Origin: an uncultured Verrucomicrobiae bacterium | Lineage (GTDB): Bacteria; Verrucomicrobiota; Verrucomicrobiia; Limisphaerales; UBA11358 | NCBI GenBank assembly: GCA_963711945.1 | Contig: CAVQGB010000006.1 | Location: forward strand, 12,128 to 76,127 | Length of the DNA: 64,000 bases | Reading direction: 5' to 3' | In this document: in pieces, positions 29,501-36,997 of the stretch | Position numbering within the stretch: position 1 is the first letter of the stretch | Layout: each line of letters opens with the position of its first letter | The notes under the pieces: generated by a model | Database searches by the model: none | What the model was told of the DNA's origin: nothing | The model's input: the letters and a program-made list of their open reading frames with translations, nothing else | Position numbers and translations under genes: made by a program

Positions 29501-31468
29501 CGGCTGGCAAAGGGATTAGAGCTGAATGACCGCCAATGGCGCGATGCGTGGCGCGCGGGAGTTGAAACGCAAAAACAGTTTGACGCCGGCTGCCGGGAAA
29601 TTGGCCGGCGCGCGCTGGAATTCTGCCGCGAGCAGGGCATCGTGCCGGTGGTGGTGCTGGGCCGCGCCTACACGATTTACAACAAGGTTCTCAACTCAAA
29701 CGTGCCGGCGATTCTCCGCGAACAGGGCGCCATCGGCATTCCGCTGGATTGTTACCCGCTGCACGCGGACACGCCGGCATTCACAGACATGTATTGGGGT
29801 TATGGCCAGGGCATTCTGCGCGCAGCCCATCAAGTGCGGCGCGCGGCGGGAGTTTATGCGCTTTATTGCAGCAATTATTCCTGCGGGCCGGACAGTTTCA
29901 ATCTGCATTTCGCCGCCTACGTGATGGAAGGCAAACCGTTTGCGATCATCGAAACGGACGGCCATTCCGGCGACGCCGGCACGCGGACGCGCGTGGAGGC
30001 GTTTCTCCATTGCGTCGAGGAAGACCGGGGCGTGGCGCAGGGTTCCAAACCTGCCGTGTCGCCGATTTCCCAATCGGTGGGATGCGGGACATCGTGCGCG
30101 CCGCAGGTTGAGAAACCTGCGACACAAAGCCGCGCCGGAGCCCGGCTGAACAATTTTGAATCCGTGCAATTCAGCGGATTGCAGCTGCATGATTTGCAAA
30201 AGAACAACGGCGCCGCCGAAAAGCTGCTGGTTCCTTACATCGGTCCCGCGTCGGAAACGGTGGCGGCGGTTTTCAACGGACTCGGTTTGGCGGCGGAAGC
30301 CCTGCCGCCGCCGGATGCGGAATCGTTGCGGCTGGGCCGGCGTTACACTTCCGGCAAGGAATGTCTGCCAATGCCGCTCACGCTTGGCTCCCTGCTGCAA
30401 CGGCTGGAACGCGCCAGGGACGGCGAGCACTTCACTTATCTCATGCCCGGCACTGACGGCCCGTGCCGGTTCGGCGTCTATAATCTGCTCAACAACATCG
30501 TTCTCGAACGGCTCGGCTGGCGCGACCGCGTTCGCGTCTGGTCTCCGAAGGATTCCGGCTACTTCGACAACATGCCGCCGGGAACCGAGATGCTGATTTT
30601 CGCGGGCATCGCGGCGAGTGATTTCTTGTATCAGGCGAAACTGGACGTGCGCCCGGTGGAACGCACGCCCGGCCAGGCCGGGGGGATTTTCCAGCGGTAT
30701 CGCAGTGAATTGTTGAAACGGCTCGAATCCGCGGCTCGCGGCAATCTGGCGCTGGGTCCGGCCCTGTGGCAGGCGCTCGGCGGCAATTTGTTTGGCGTGC
30801 GTGAATTGCTGGCGCGAGCCGGCGCGGCATTTGCCGCGATGCGCGGGCCCGGCGAATTGCCGCTCGTCGAACTGGCGGGGGAAATTTACGTGCGGACCGT
30901 TGAATTCAGCAACGATTTCCTGATTGAGAAACTCGAGGCGCGCGGCCTGCGGGTCCATCTGGCGCCGAAAATGGAATGGATTGATTACTGCGGCTATTAT
31001 CAGCGGCAGAACACGGATCGCAGCCGTCTGGCCGGCCAATTCACCGCCCGCGTCCAGCGGCGGATTGAAAACGTCGCGTTCGCAGCCATTGCGCCGCGCC
31101 TGGGCTGGTCGTCGCCGCCGTCCACCGCGGAAATCCTTGCCACTGCCAGCCCGTATGTGAGCGACGCCCTGGCTGGCGAGGCGGTCTTGACCGTGGGCGC
31201 TCCGCTGCTGGAATGGCGTCACCGGCAGATTGACGCACTGGTCAACGTCGGCCCGCTTGAATGCATGCCGACAAAAATTGCCGAGGCTCAATTTCACCAA
31301 ATCGCCGAGCGCGAGGGTTTGTTGAGTCTGACACTTCCGTTGAACGGCGACCCCGTCAGTGAGTCGGCGTTGGACAATTTTGCCTTCGAGGTTCACGCCC
31401 GTTTCCAACGCCGGCAACCTGGCACAAAGCGGGCCGATTGCAGCCTTCAATCCATCCCGGTGAGGTAA
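26561..31468 (+). CDS. Fused acyl-CoA dehydratase-activase protein (two BadF/BadG/BcrA/BcrD ATPase domains plus DUF2229-like/reductase domains; PlsA/Ger-like architecture)
   Basis: GIDAGAETVK, SRCSQGTGNFL, GFDIGSTGSK, EIGGQDAKYI, MNEACSAGTGSFIEEQ, HCSVFM, YSCGPDSF, SGKECLP, GPCRFG, GPLECMP. Confidence 0.88.
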   Translation: MKTNGHGGQTLFPETLTTPRRLAPRRFVGIDAGAETVKLVELLRDADGLRIERTEILEHGKNPGRVVPETLEAWDWPDVAGAAVSGRFSPQINLRRIPAKQAQWRGYQFLFGNMPATIVNIGSHGFTVLEVRDSGATVFRENSRCSQGTGNFLRQLVERFSLSVEEASALCADVPNPAPLSGRCPVILKTDMTHLANKGEDRARILAGLFDAVCENVLVLVKPGVSPPRVLLTGGVSRSPRVRRVFGELLARQNMSLMAADEEKALCLEALGCALIAAETPAEYFNGRPDGNQVLDCGNRLPLSSMQHVASNQSADMSAHSKVTNGNLPSLENLLRPPRELKLERLPALAEALAKVRRMPAQPWAAVNGEFRRLVVGFDIGSTGSKLVAMDAATRETVWDAYGQTLGNPVGAAQELLRRFTESPAAKYPVVAFGATGSGREITGSLLNSCYGKDAVFVVNEIVAHATGALHYDSRVDTIFEIGGQDAKYIRLADGRIIDCAMNEACSAGTGSFIEEQGRKFTGIGDARQLGLAAMAAPCGVSLGQHCSVFMAEVIDEAVSAGVEQPAIISGLYDSIIKNYLNRVKGNRSVGKVIFCQGMPFSADALATAVARQTGSQVIVPPNPGTVGAMGIALLAARELDVARGAHAPSRALDRALAVGGDARQRASSTRAEARAGAVDAASTATAEAAVLPAREARALPMPLPPLDLSRFLDAKIEQKDTFVCGSNRGCGGAGNHCRIERLRTLVNSQRSNFTWGGGCSLHDKGTRKKKLPDLAPDPFREREELVKKILAGLSESSSSSSSSSNDEANRGRGREGGGNAARRTVALSDEFVLKGLFPFFAAFFRHAGFDLEILTGAGPDLLKRGIQLANAPFCAPMQLYHGVAEKLVASKAGWLFVPMLRSVPRASNQRCSVVCPIAQGSPNLLASVLHRDGRDALPRVRDDQQVVPTNAGRSPQFLSPVMDCEDGGLESKEFLASCGRLAKGLELNDRQWRDAWRAGVETQKQFDAGCREIGRRALEFCREQGIVPVVVLGRAYTIYNKVLNSNVPAILREQGAIGIPLDCYPLHADTPAFTDMYWGYGQGILRAAHQVRRAAGVYALYCSNYSCGPDSFNLHFAAYVMEGKPFAIIETDGHSGDAGTRTRVEAFLHCVEEDRGVAQGSKPAVSPISQSVGCGTSCAPQVEKPATQSRAGARLNNFESVQFSGLQLHDLQKNNGAAEKLLVPYIGPASETVAAVFNGLGLAAEALPPPDAESLRLGRRYTSGKECLPMPLTLGSLLQRLERARDGEHFTYLMPGTDGPCRFGVYNLLNNIVLERLGWRDRVRVWSPKDSGYFDNMPPGTEMLIFAGIAASDFLYQAKLDVRPVERTPGQAGGIFQRYRSELLKRLESAARGNLALGPALWQALGGNLFGVRELLARAGAAFAAMRGPGELPLVELAGEIYVRTVEFSNDFLIEKLEARGLRVHLAPKMEWIDYCGYYQRQNTDRSRLAGQFTARVQRRIENVAFAAIAPRLGWSSPPSTAEILATASPYVSDALAGEAVLTVGAPLLEWRHRQIDALVNVGPLECMPTKIAEAQFHQIAEREGLLSLTLPLNGDPVSESALDNFAFEVHARFQRRQPGTKRADCSLQSIPVR
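27441..27526. repeat. REP-like palindromic element (TTTGGA...TCCAAA family), in-frame in activase
   Basis: Terminal inverted repeats TTTGGACTGC/GCACTCCAAA, internal hairpin GCGGCAACAGGTTGCCGC and perfect palindrome GCGCGGACATGTCCGCGC. Confidence 0.85.
28491..28663. repeat. REP-like element (GGGAGCGCACGCG family), in-frame in activase
   Basis: Arms GGGGAGCGCACGCGCCCTCGCGTGC / GCACGCGAGGCGCGTGCGCTCCCC; same family starts at 63947. Confidence 0.88.
28949..29017. repeat. (TCGTCC)n...(GAGGAC)n inverted hexamer element, in-frame in activase
   Basis: TCGTCC x4 then TCGA ... TCGAGGACGAGGACGAG; encodes poly-Ser and RGRGRE. A related half occurs near 5677. Confidence 0.8.
29360..29410. repeat. GTAG-type REP element, in-frame in activase (51 bp)
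   Basis: GGTAGGGACGCGCTGCCGCGCGTCC-GA-GACGACCAGCAGGTCGTCCCTACC. Confidence 0.88.
30032..30125. repeat. REP-like element (GCAGG...AAACCTGC family), in-frame in activase
   Basis: GTGGCGCAGGGTTCCAAACCTGC...CCGATTTCCCAATCGG...GCAGGTTGAGAAACCTGCGACAC. Confidence 0.8.
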
Positions 31469-31583
31469 GACGCCCCGGACGCTGCGGCCGGCCGGACTTC
31501 AGCCCATCATTGCCAAAAGCAATGTTCCGGCAAGTTTTATCAATTAACACCCCCGCTCCGATCCCGGTTACTGTGGCAATGAA

Positions 31584-32039
31584 ATGAAAACCACAATCAC
31601 ATTTATCAGTCTGCTTCCGGTGTTGTTATTGACGGGTTGCGTCGGCTTGGTTCCTCTGCCGCCGACCTACAATCAAACATACGGGCGGGTCATCGGGAAA
31701 TCGCAAACACGATTCATCGTGGCCGGACAGACAACCCGGAACGAGGTGATTGTCAAACTGGGAGGCGAGTTTCGCGACTCGCCGCGCGTGGAAGCGCTGG
31801 CTTATTCGTGGGAGAAACCCGCCGCGGACATGGCTTGGTGGATATGTTCAACGGATGCCGGGGCAGGCGGACATTTTGAACGCAGCCACTGGCGGGCGTT
31901 TTTCGTGTCGTTTGGCGCCGGCGGGAAAGTCTGCCGGGCGGAGTTTGTCAGCCTTTCGCAGCGCAAATCACTGGATGAACACTTGGAGGACTGGGCGCAA
32001 CGCCACGGCGCGGCAATAACACTGGCCGCCGCAAAATGA
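31584..32039 (+). CDS. Hypothetical lipoprotein
   Basis: Lipobox LLLTG|C; FIVAGQTTRNEVIVKLG is reminiscent of BamE/SmpA-like proteins. Confidence 0.7.
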   Translation: MKTTITFISLLPVLLLTGCVGLVPLPPTYNQTYGRVIGKSQTRFIVAGQTTRNEVIVKLGGEFRDSPRVEALAYSWEKPAADMAWWICSTDAGAGGHFERSHWRAFFVSFGAGGKVCRAEFVSLSQRKSLDEHLEDWAQRHGAAITLAAAK

Positions 32040-32092
32040 AAACCGCTTCAACAAGCATGAGATCGCCACCCAACATCGCCGCGCCGGTTTGC

Positions 32093-32503
32093 TCACAATT
32101 TGGCCGGGCGTTTGAGGGAGAAACAACACTCGGCCATCAACACGAAAAAGACCGCGTCGGCCACGCCGAACAATGCGCCGAAGGCGACGTGCGGCAGACT
32201 GCCCGCCGCCCAGTAATAAAATGCCGTCGCCGCGTAGGCCAGTTTGTAGAGCGTGCCGACGAGGATCAAATCCGCGTTCCCGCGCAGGTCGCCGCGCGAA
32301 ATCAGCGCATAGGCGATGCCAATCACCAGCACGAACGCGCCGAGCAGCGTGACATAGCCGCCGAACGCCGGCAATTTGTCGCTGATGCCCAGCGCCGCGA
32401 AAACGCGCGCGGGGAAAAAGGTGAAGGTAAGGCCGAGAACGAGGTCGTAAAACGCGGCGATGGTGAAAAGCCCCCGATAATACTTTTCTTTGGCGGGTTT
32501 CAT
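32093..32503 (-). CDS. Small four-TM membrane protein
   Basis: 136 aa with four hydrophobic segments. Confidence 0.75.
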   Translation of the reverse strand: MKPAKEKYYRGLFTIAAFYDLVLGLTFTFFPARVFAALGISDKLPAFGGYVTLLGAFVLVIGIAYALISRGDLRGNADLILVGTLYKLAYAATAFYYWAAGSLPHVAFGALFGVADAVFFVLMAECCFSLKRPAKL

Positions 32504-32539
32504 GGAATAAGTTTATGCTAAACCAACCTCAAAAAGCAA

Positions 32540-32926
32540 ATGAAATCTAATCCAAATCTCATCCTCGCCTGGCTCTGGATTCTGCTCGGCTTCACCTCCG
32601 GCATGGTGCTGGGCATGTTCTTTCACGGCGAAAACTGGCTGGGCGGCTACGGCAGCTTCAAACGCCGGATGTATCGGCTCGGCCACATTTCCTTCTTCGG
32701 CCTCGGCGCGGTGAATTTGCTGTTCTGCCTGACGGTGCAAAACTTGCCGCTCGCCGGGCCGCTGATTCATTCCGCGTCGCTGGCCTTCATCGTCGGCGCG
32801 ATCACGATGCCGGTTTGCTGCGTGGTGATGGCGCATTTTCCGAAGGCGCACCTGATTTTCGCCGTGCCGGTGGTGAGTCTGATCACCGGCGGAGTTTTAA
32901 CCCTGCTGGTGGTCATCAAATTATGA
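32540..32926 (+). CDS. Small four-TM membrane protein
   Basis: WLGGYGSFKRRMYRLGHISFFGLG; ATGA-coupled to the radical SAM gene. Confidence 0.8.
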   Translation: MKSNPNLILAWLWILLGFTSGMVLGMFFHGENWLGGYGSFKRRMYRLGHISFFGLGAVNLLFCLTVQNLPLAGPLIHSASLAFIVGAITMPVCCVVMAHFPKAHLIFAVPVVSLITGGVLTLLVVIKL

Positions 32927-34398
32927 ATGCAAAAAAACGCATCGGCTTCATCGCCATGAGCGGCGTGCGCGCCCACAACGCCGAACTCACCCAACTCGGC
33001 CTCACGCTGCCCGGCTTTGTGGACCGGAACAAAATCATCGCGTCGCTGCCCAGCCTCGGCCTGCTCACGCTCGCCGGGCTGACGCCGGACCGGTTTGAAA
33101 TCGCCTATCACGAAATCGCCGACCTGAAACAAACCACTGTTCCGGATGATTCTCAAGGTGGGGCGGGCAGTCCCCTGCCCGCCGCTGACACACAAACCCA
33201 AGACGGCGCGCACGGAGTGCCGCGCCCTACCTCATACGCCCTGGAACTGCCGACCGATTTCGACCTCGTCGCCATCAGCACCTTCACCGCGCAATTTTAC
33301 GAGGCGTGCGACGTGGCGGATTTTTACCGGGCGTCCGGAATTCCCGTCGTCATGGGCGGCATCACCGTTTCGTCGTTGCGCGAGCAGGCCAAGGAGCATT
33401 GCACCAGCGTCGTCATTGGCGAGGGCGAATTGCTCTGGCCGGAATTGCTCGCCGATTTCGAGCGCGGCGAGCTGAAGCCGTTTTACACGACCAAGAAGGA
33501 ATTTGATCTGGCCGACGCGCCGATGCCGCGCTTCGATTTGCTCGCGCCGCAAAAATACAACCGCCTCACCGTGCAGACCAGCCGCGGCTGCCCGCACCGC
33601 TGCGAATTCTGCGCCAGTTCCATTTTGCTGACGCCGCGTTACAAGGTGAAGCCGGTGGAAAAAGTCATCGCCGAAATCCGCGAAATCAAAAAAATCTGGC
33701 CCAAGCCGTTCATCGAGTTCGCCGACGACAACAGTTTTGTCCACCGCGAGCATTACAAAAAACTCCTGCGCGAACTGGCGAAGGAAAAACTCCGCTGGTT
33801 CACCGAGGCCGACGTGCGCGTGGCCGAAGACGACGAATTGCTCGGCCTCATGCGCGATTCCGGCTGCCAGCAGGTTCTGATCGGCCTGGAAAGTCCGCGC
33901 CGCACAAGCCTTGACGGCGTCGAGTTGAAATCGAACTGGAAATTGCGCCAGCAGGATTTTTACCGGGAAGCCATCGCGAAAATCCAGTCCTACGGCATCA
34001 CCGTGAACGGCTGTTTCATCCTCGGCCTCGACGGCGACACGCCCGAAGTGTTCGACGACGTGCTGGATTTCGTGCGCGACTCCGGGCTTTACGAAGTGCA
34101 GGTGACGTTCATGACCGCGTTTCCCGGCACGCCGCTTTACGCGCGGCTGAAACGCGAAGGCCGCATCATCCGCGACAACGCCTGGGAACTTTGCACGCTG
34201 TTCGACATCAATTTTCAGCCGAAGAACATGAGCGTCGCCGAATTGCAAGGCGGTTTCCTGAAACTGGTGAAGCAGCTTTATTCCGCCGAAGAAACGCACG
34301 AACGCCGTGCGAAATTCAAGCGCATGTTGAAAACGTCGCCGCACTTTGGCCGCCGCGGCGCGGCAGGAGCAGGCGCTGGCGGCATGAAAACGAATTGA
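32923..34398 (+). CDS. B12-binding-domain radical SAM protein
   Basis: PSLGLLTLAGLT, DLVAIS, PVVMGG, VVIGEGE, TSRGCPHRCEFC (CxxxCxxC), FADDN, IGLES, FILGLDGD, TAFPGTPLY. Confidence 0.93.
   Translation: MNAKKRIGFIAMSGVRAHNAELTQLGLTLPGFVDRNKIIASLPSLGLLTLAGLTPDRFEIAYHEIADLKQTTVPDDSQGGAGSPLPAADTQTQDGAHGVPRPTSYALELPTDFDLVAISTFTAQFYEACDVADFYRASGIPVVMGGITVSSLREQAKEHCTSVVIGEGELLWPELLADFERGELKPFYTTKKEFDLADAPMPRFDLLAPQKYNRLTVQTSRGCPHRCEFCASSILLTPRYKVKPVEKVIAEIREIKKIWPKPFIEFADDNSFVHREHYKKLLRELAKEKLRWFTEADVRVAEDDELLGLMRDSGCQQVLIGLESPRRTSLDGVELKSNWKLRQQDFYREAIAKIQSYGITVNGCFILGLDGDTPEVFDDVLDFVRDSGLYEVQVTFMTAFPGTPLYARLKREGRIIRDNAWELCTLFDINFQPKNMSVAELQGGFLKLVKQLYSAEETHERRAKFKRMLKTSPHFGRRGAAGAGAGGMKTN
33156..33232. 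repeat. GTAG-type REP element, in-frame in the radical SAM gene
   Basis: AGGTGGGGCGGGCAGTCCCCTGCCCGCC ... GGCGCGCACGGAGTGCCGCGCCCTACCT. Confidence 0.85.
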
Positions 34399-34445
34399 AC
34401 ATGGCAGTAATCCATTTCACAACGACAATTCAACCCGGAGAACAA

Positions 34446-35704
34446 ATGAAACACGGCGACATCCAAAAACTCCACGACGCCGGCCTCATCACCGATGAGC
34501 AGCGCGACAAAATCATCGAGCACTTCAATCTGAAGGAGGACGGCGGCAACAAGTTCCTCGCCATCGTTTCCGTCATCGGCGCGGTGCTCATCACGGCGGG
34601 CATCATCCTGCTCATTTCCGCGCACTGGAACGAAATCCCGCGCGGCGTGAAAATCGCCGCCGGCATTGCGCTCATGCTCGGCGCGCACGCCGGCGGCTGG
34701 TGGTTGCGTGGACGTGGCGGAGACGCCTCGTCGCCGAACCTTTCTGCGCCGGGGGCGTCGCAGCCACGCGGCAAATACCGCAAGACCGGCGAGGCGCTGC
34801 ATCTCATCGGCTCCGGCCTGTTCCTGGCGAACATCGCGCTCATCGGCCAGATTTACAACATCGTCTCGCGCCCGCCGAACGCCTTTCTGCTCTGGTGGAT
34901 TGGCATCGCCGCGCTGCCGTGGCTGCTGCGCTCCAAGGCGCAGCACGTTTTGCTGCTGCTCGCCTTCGGCATCTGGTTCGGACTCGAAGTGAACGAGCGC
35001 AGCGGCTGGATTTACTGCGGCGACGACGAGCGGCAGATTCTGCTCTATTCGCTGCTGGGCCTGGTTTATCTCGGCGCGGGCTGGATGCTGCGGCGCGGCG
35101 CGTTCGCGGATTTCGCGCCGCGTCACCGAGAAGCTCGGCCTGCTCGCGTTCCTCGTCTTTTTCTTCCCGCTGACATGGAAGGACGGCTTCGATTGGCGAG
35201 AGCGGCGACATCAACAACTGGATTTTCCCCGCGCTCGGCCTGGTCGCGCTCATCCTGCTCGGCGCTCGGCCTGAAAAATCTCCGCGCGCTGACGGCGCAA
35301 TGGCGCTGGACATGGTTCGCCGCGCTGTTCGGCATGATGCTGTTCATGGCGACGGTCTGGTTCGGCTTGTGGCAGACCGATTTTGACGGCGGCCCGCGCT
35401 ATTATCATTGGGGCCAATCGTGGACCTACCTCGTTGCCACGCCTTGCGCTGTTTGTCTTCTGCCTGCTGCAAATCCAGGTCGGCTTGCAGGAGCGTTCGC
35501 GAATTCCTCGTCAACCTCGGCGTCGTGTTCATCGCGCTGGACATCATCGCCGCCTATTTCGGTTTGTTCGGCTCGATGGCGCGGACGGGCCTGATGTTTT
35601 TGATTTCGGGAATTTTCCTGATCGTCTTCGGCGTTTATCTCGAAAAGAAACGGCGCAAGCTGATGAAGCAAATCAAAACATCCAATCCCACGGAGGTGTT
35701 ATGA
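34446..35704 (+). CDS. DUF2157-type membrane protein, frameshifted
   Basis: LHDAGLITDEQRDKI, ILLISAHWNEIPRGVK, FLANIALIGQIYN, and further TM segments in downstream frames. Confidence 0.82.
34713..34768. repeat. REP-like palindrome, in-frame in the DUF2157 gene
   Basis: Arms CGTGGCGGAGACGCC / GGCGTCGCAGCCACG in the loop between two TM helices. Confidence 0.65.
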
Positions 35705-36248
35705 AACTCAAACTCCTCATCCTCGTCCTCGCCCTGCAAACCGCCTGGTTGCTCGGCATGGTCGCCACGCAGGAATACGCGCTCGCCCACGGCAAGGCCA
35801 TCCTGCTCGAAACGCAGCCCGTGGACCCGCGCGACCTGTTGAGCGGCGATTACCTGATGTTGCGCTACAAAATCAGCGACGTGCCGACGAACCTCTTTTC
35901 GCCGCCGGTGAAAAAGGATTTGCCCTACGGCACGAAAATCTTCGTCGCGCTCGCGCCGGGAACGAACCAGTTTTACGATCGTCACGCGCGCCAGCACCAA
36001 CGAGTTCGCGCCGGCGGCGAACGAAGTTCTACTGCGCGGCCAAAGCGCCTACGCCTGGTGGAACGCGACCAATTCCATCCATGTCGAATACGGCATCGAA
36101 CGTTATTACGTCGCCGAGGGCACCGGCAATCCAGCGCGGCAAGCTCACGGCGCGGGCCGTCGTGCCCGCGTCCGGCCACGCGAACCTCCAGCAGGTCTTC
36201 CTCGACGGCAAACCTTATGAACAGGCGATGAAAAATGCGGGGCAATAA
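35701..36248 (+). CDS. GDYXXLXY domain protein, frameshifted
   Basis: LETQPVDPRDLLSGDYLMLRY; VEYGIERYYVAEG in a shifted frame. Confidence 0.88.
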
Positions 36249-36344
36249 ACGACGGGTTTGCCGAATAATTTTCCACCGGTGCCGGACCTGCCGGCTTGGA
36301 TTCCACGCTGTTTTCCCGCGCCGAAATCCGGTAATGATTATCTC

Positions 36345-36914
36345 GTGAGCGATTTTACGGTGATGCTGCAACAAATCGAACAGGGCGATGCCCGGGCGGC
36401 AAACCGGCTGCTGCCGCTGGTCTATGACGAACTGCGCCGGCTCGCCGCCATCAAAATGGCGCGCGAAAATCCCGGCCAGACGCTTCAGGCCACCGCTTTG
36501 GTCCACGAAGCCTGGCTGCGCCTCGGCGGCGATCAGCAGGCGTCGTGGCATAATCGCGCCCACTTTTTTGCCGCCGCCGCCGCCGCCATGCGCCGCATCC
36601 TGATTGACAATGCCCGGCGCAAAAACGCCGTGCGCCACGGCGGCCGGGCGGAGCGGGTGAACTTTGACCTCGACAACCTGGAACTGGCCGCCGGCATGGA
36701 CAACGATCAACTGCTGGCGTTGCATGAAGCGTTGGATGCGCTGGCGGCACACGATGCCGTCAAGGCCGAACTGGTGAAGCTGCGTTTTTTTGCCGGACTG
36801 ACGCTGGCCGAAGCCGCGAAAGTGCTCGATCTGTCCGAACCGACGGCGAAGCGTTACTGGGCTTACGCGCGGGCCTGGCTCTATCGGGAGATCAGGAAGA
36901 ACGTTGAACACTGA
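36345..36914 (+). CDS. ECF sigma factor (TIGR02999-type, kinase-associated)
   Basis: LLPLVYDELRRLA, GQTLQATALVHEAWLRL, RAHFFAAAAAAMRRILIDNARRK, LVKLRFFAGLT, WAYARAWL. Confidence 0.95.
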   Translation: MSDFTVMLQQIEQGDARAANRLLPLVYDELRRLAAIKMARENPGQTLQATALVHEAWLRLGGDQQASWHNRAHFFAAAAAAMRRILIDNARRKNAVRHGGRAERVNFDLDNLELAAGMDNDQLLALHEALDALAAHDAVKAELVKLRFFAGLTLAEAAKVLDLSEPTAKRYWAYARAWLYREIRKNVEH

Positions 36915-36987
36915 ACATCGAACGCCGAACGCCGATTAATTCACCGGCGACGTTGCTTTATCATTCGATGTTGGATGTTCGATGTTT
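36899..36987. repeat. Heptamer-repeat inverted element between convergent genes
   Basis: GAACGTTGAACACTGAACATCGAACGCCGAAC ... TTCGATGTTGGATGTTCGATGTT. Confidence 0.75.
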
Positions 36988-36997
36988 CCATTCGACG

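Noticed and set aside
29696-31450. Long antisense ORFs (e.g. 584 aa here, 496 aa at 37298..38788, 456 aa at 2486..3856)
   Set aside because: They lie opposite well-supported genes in GC-rich DNA and show no recognisable motifs.
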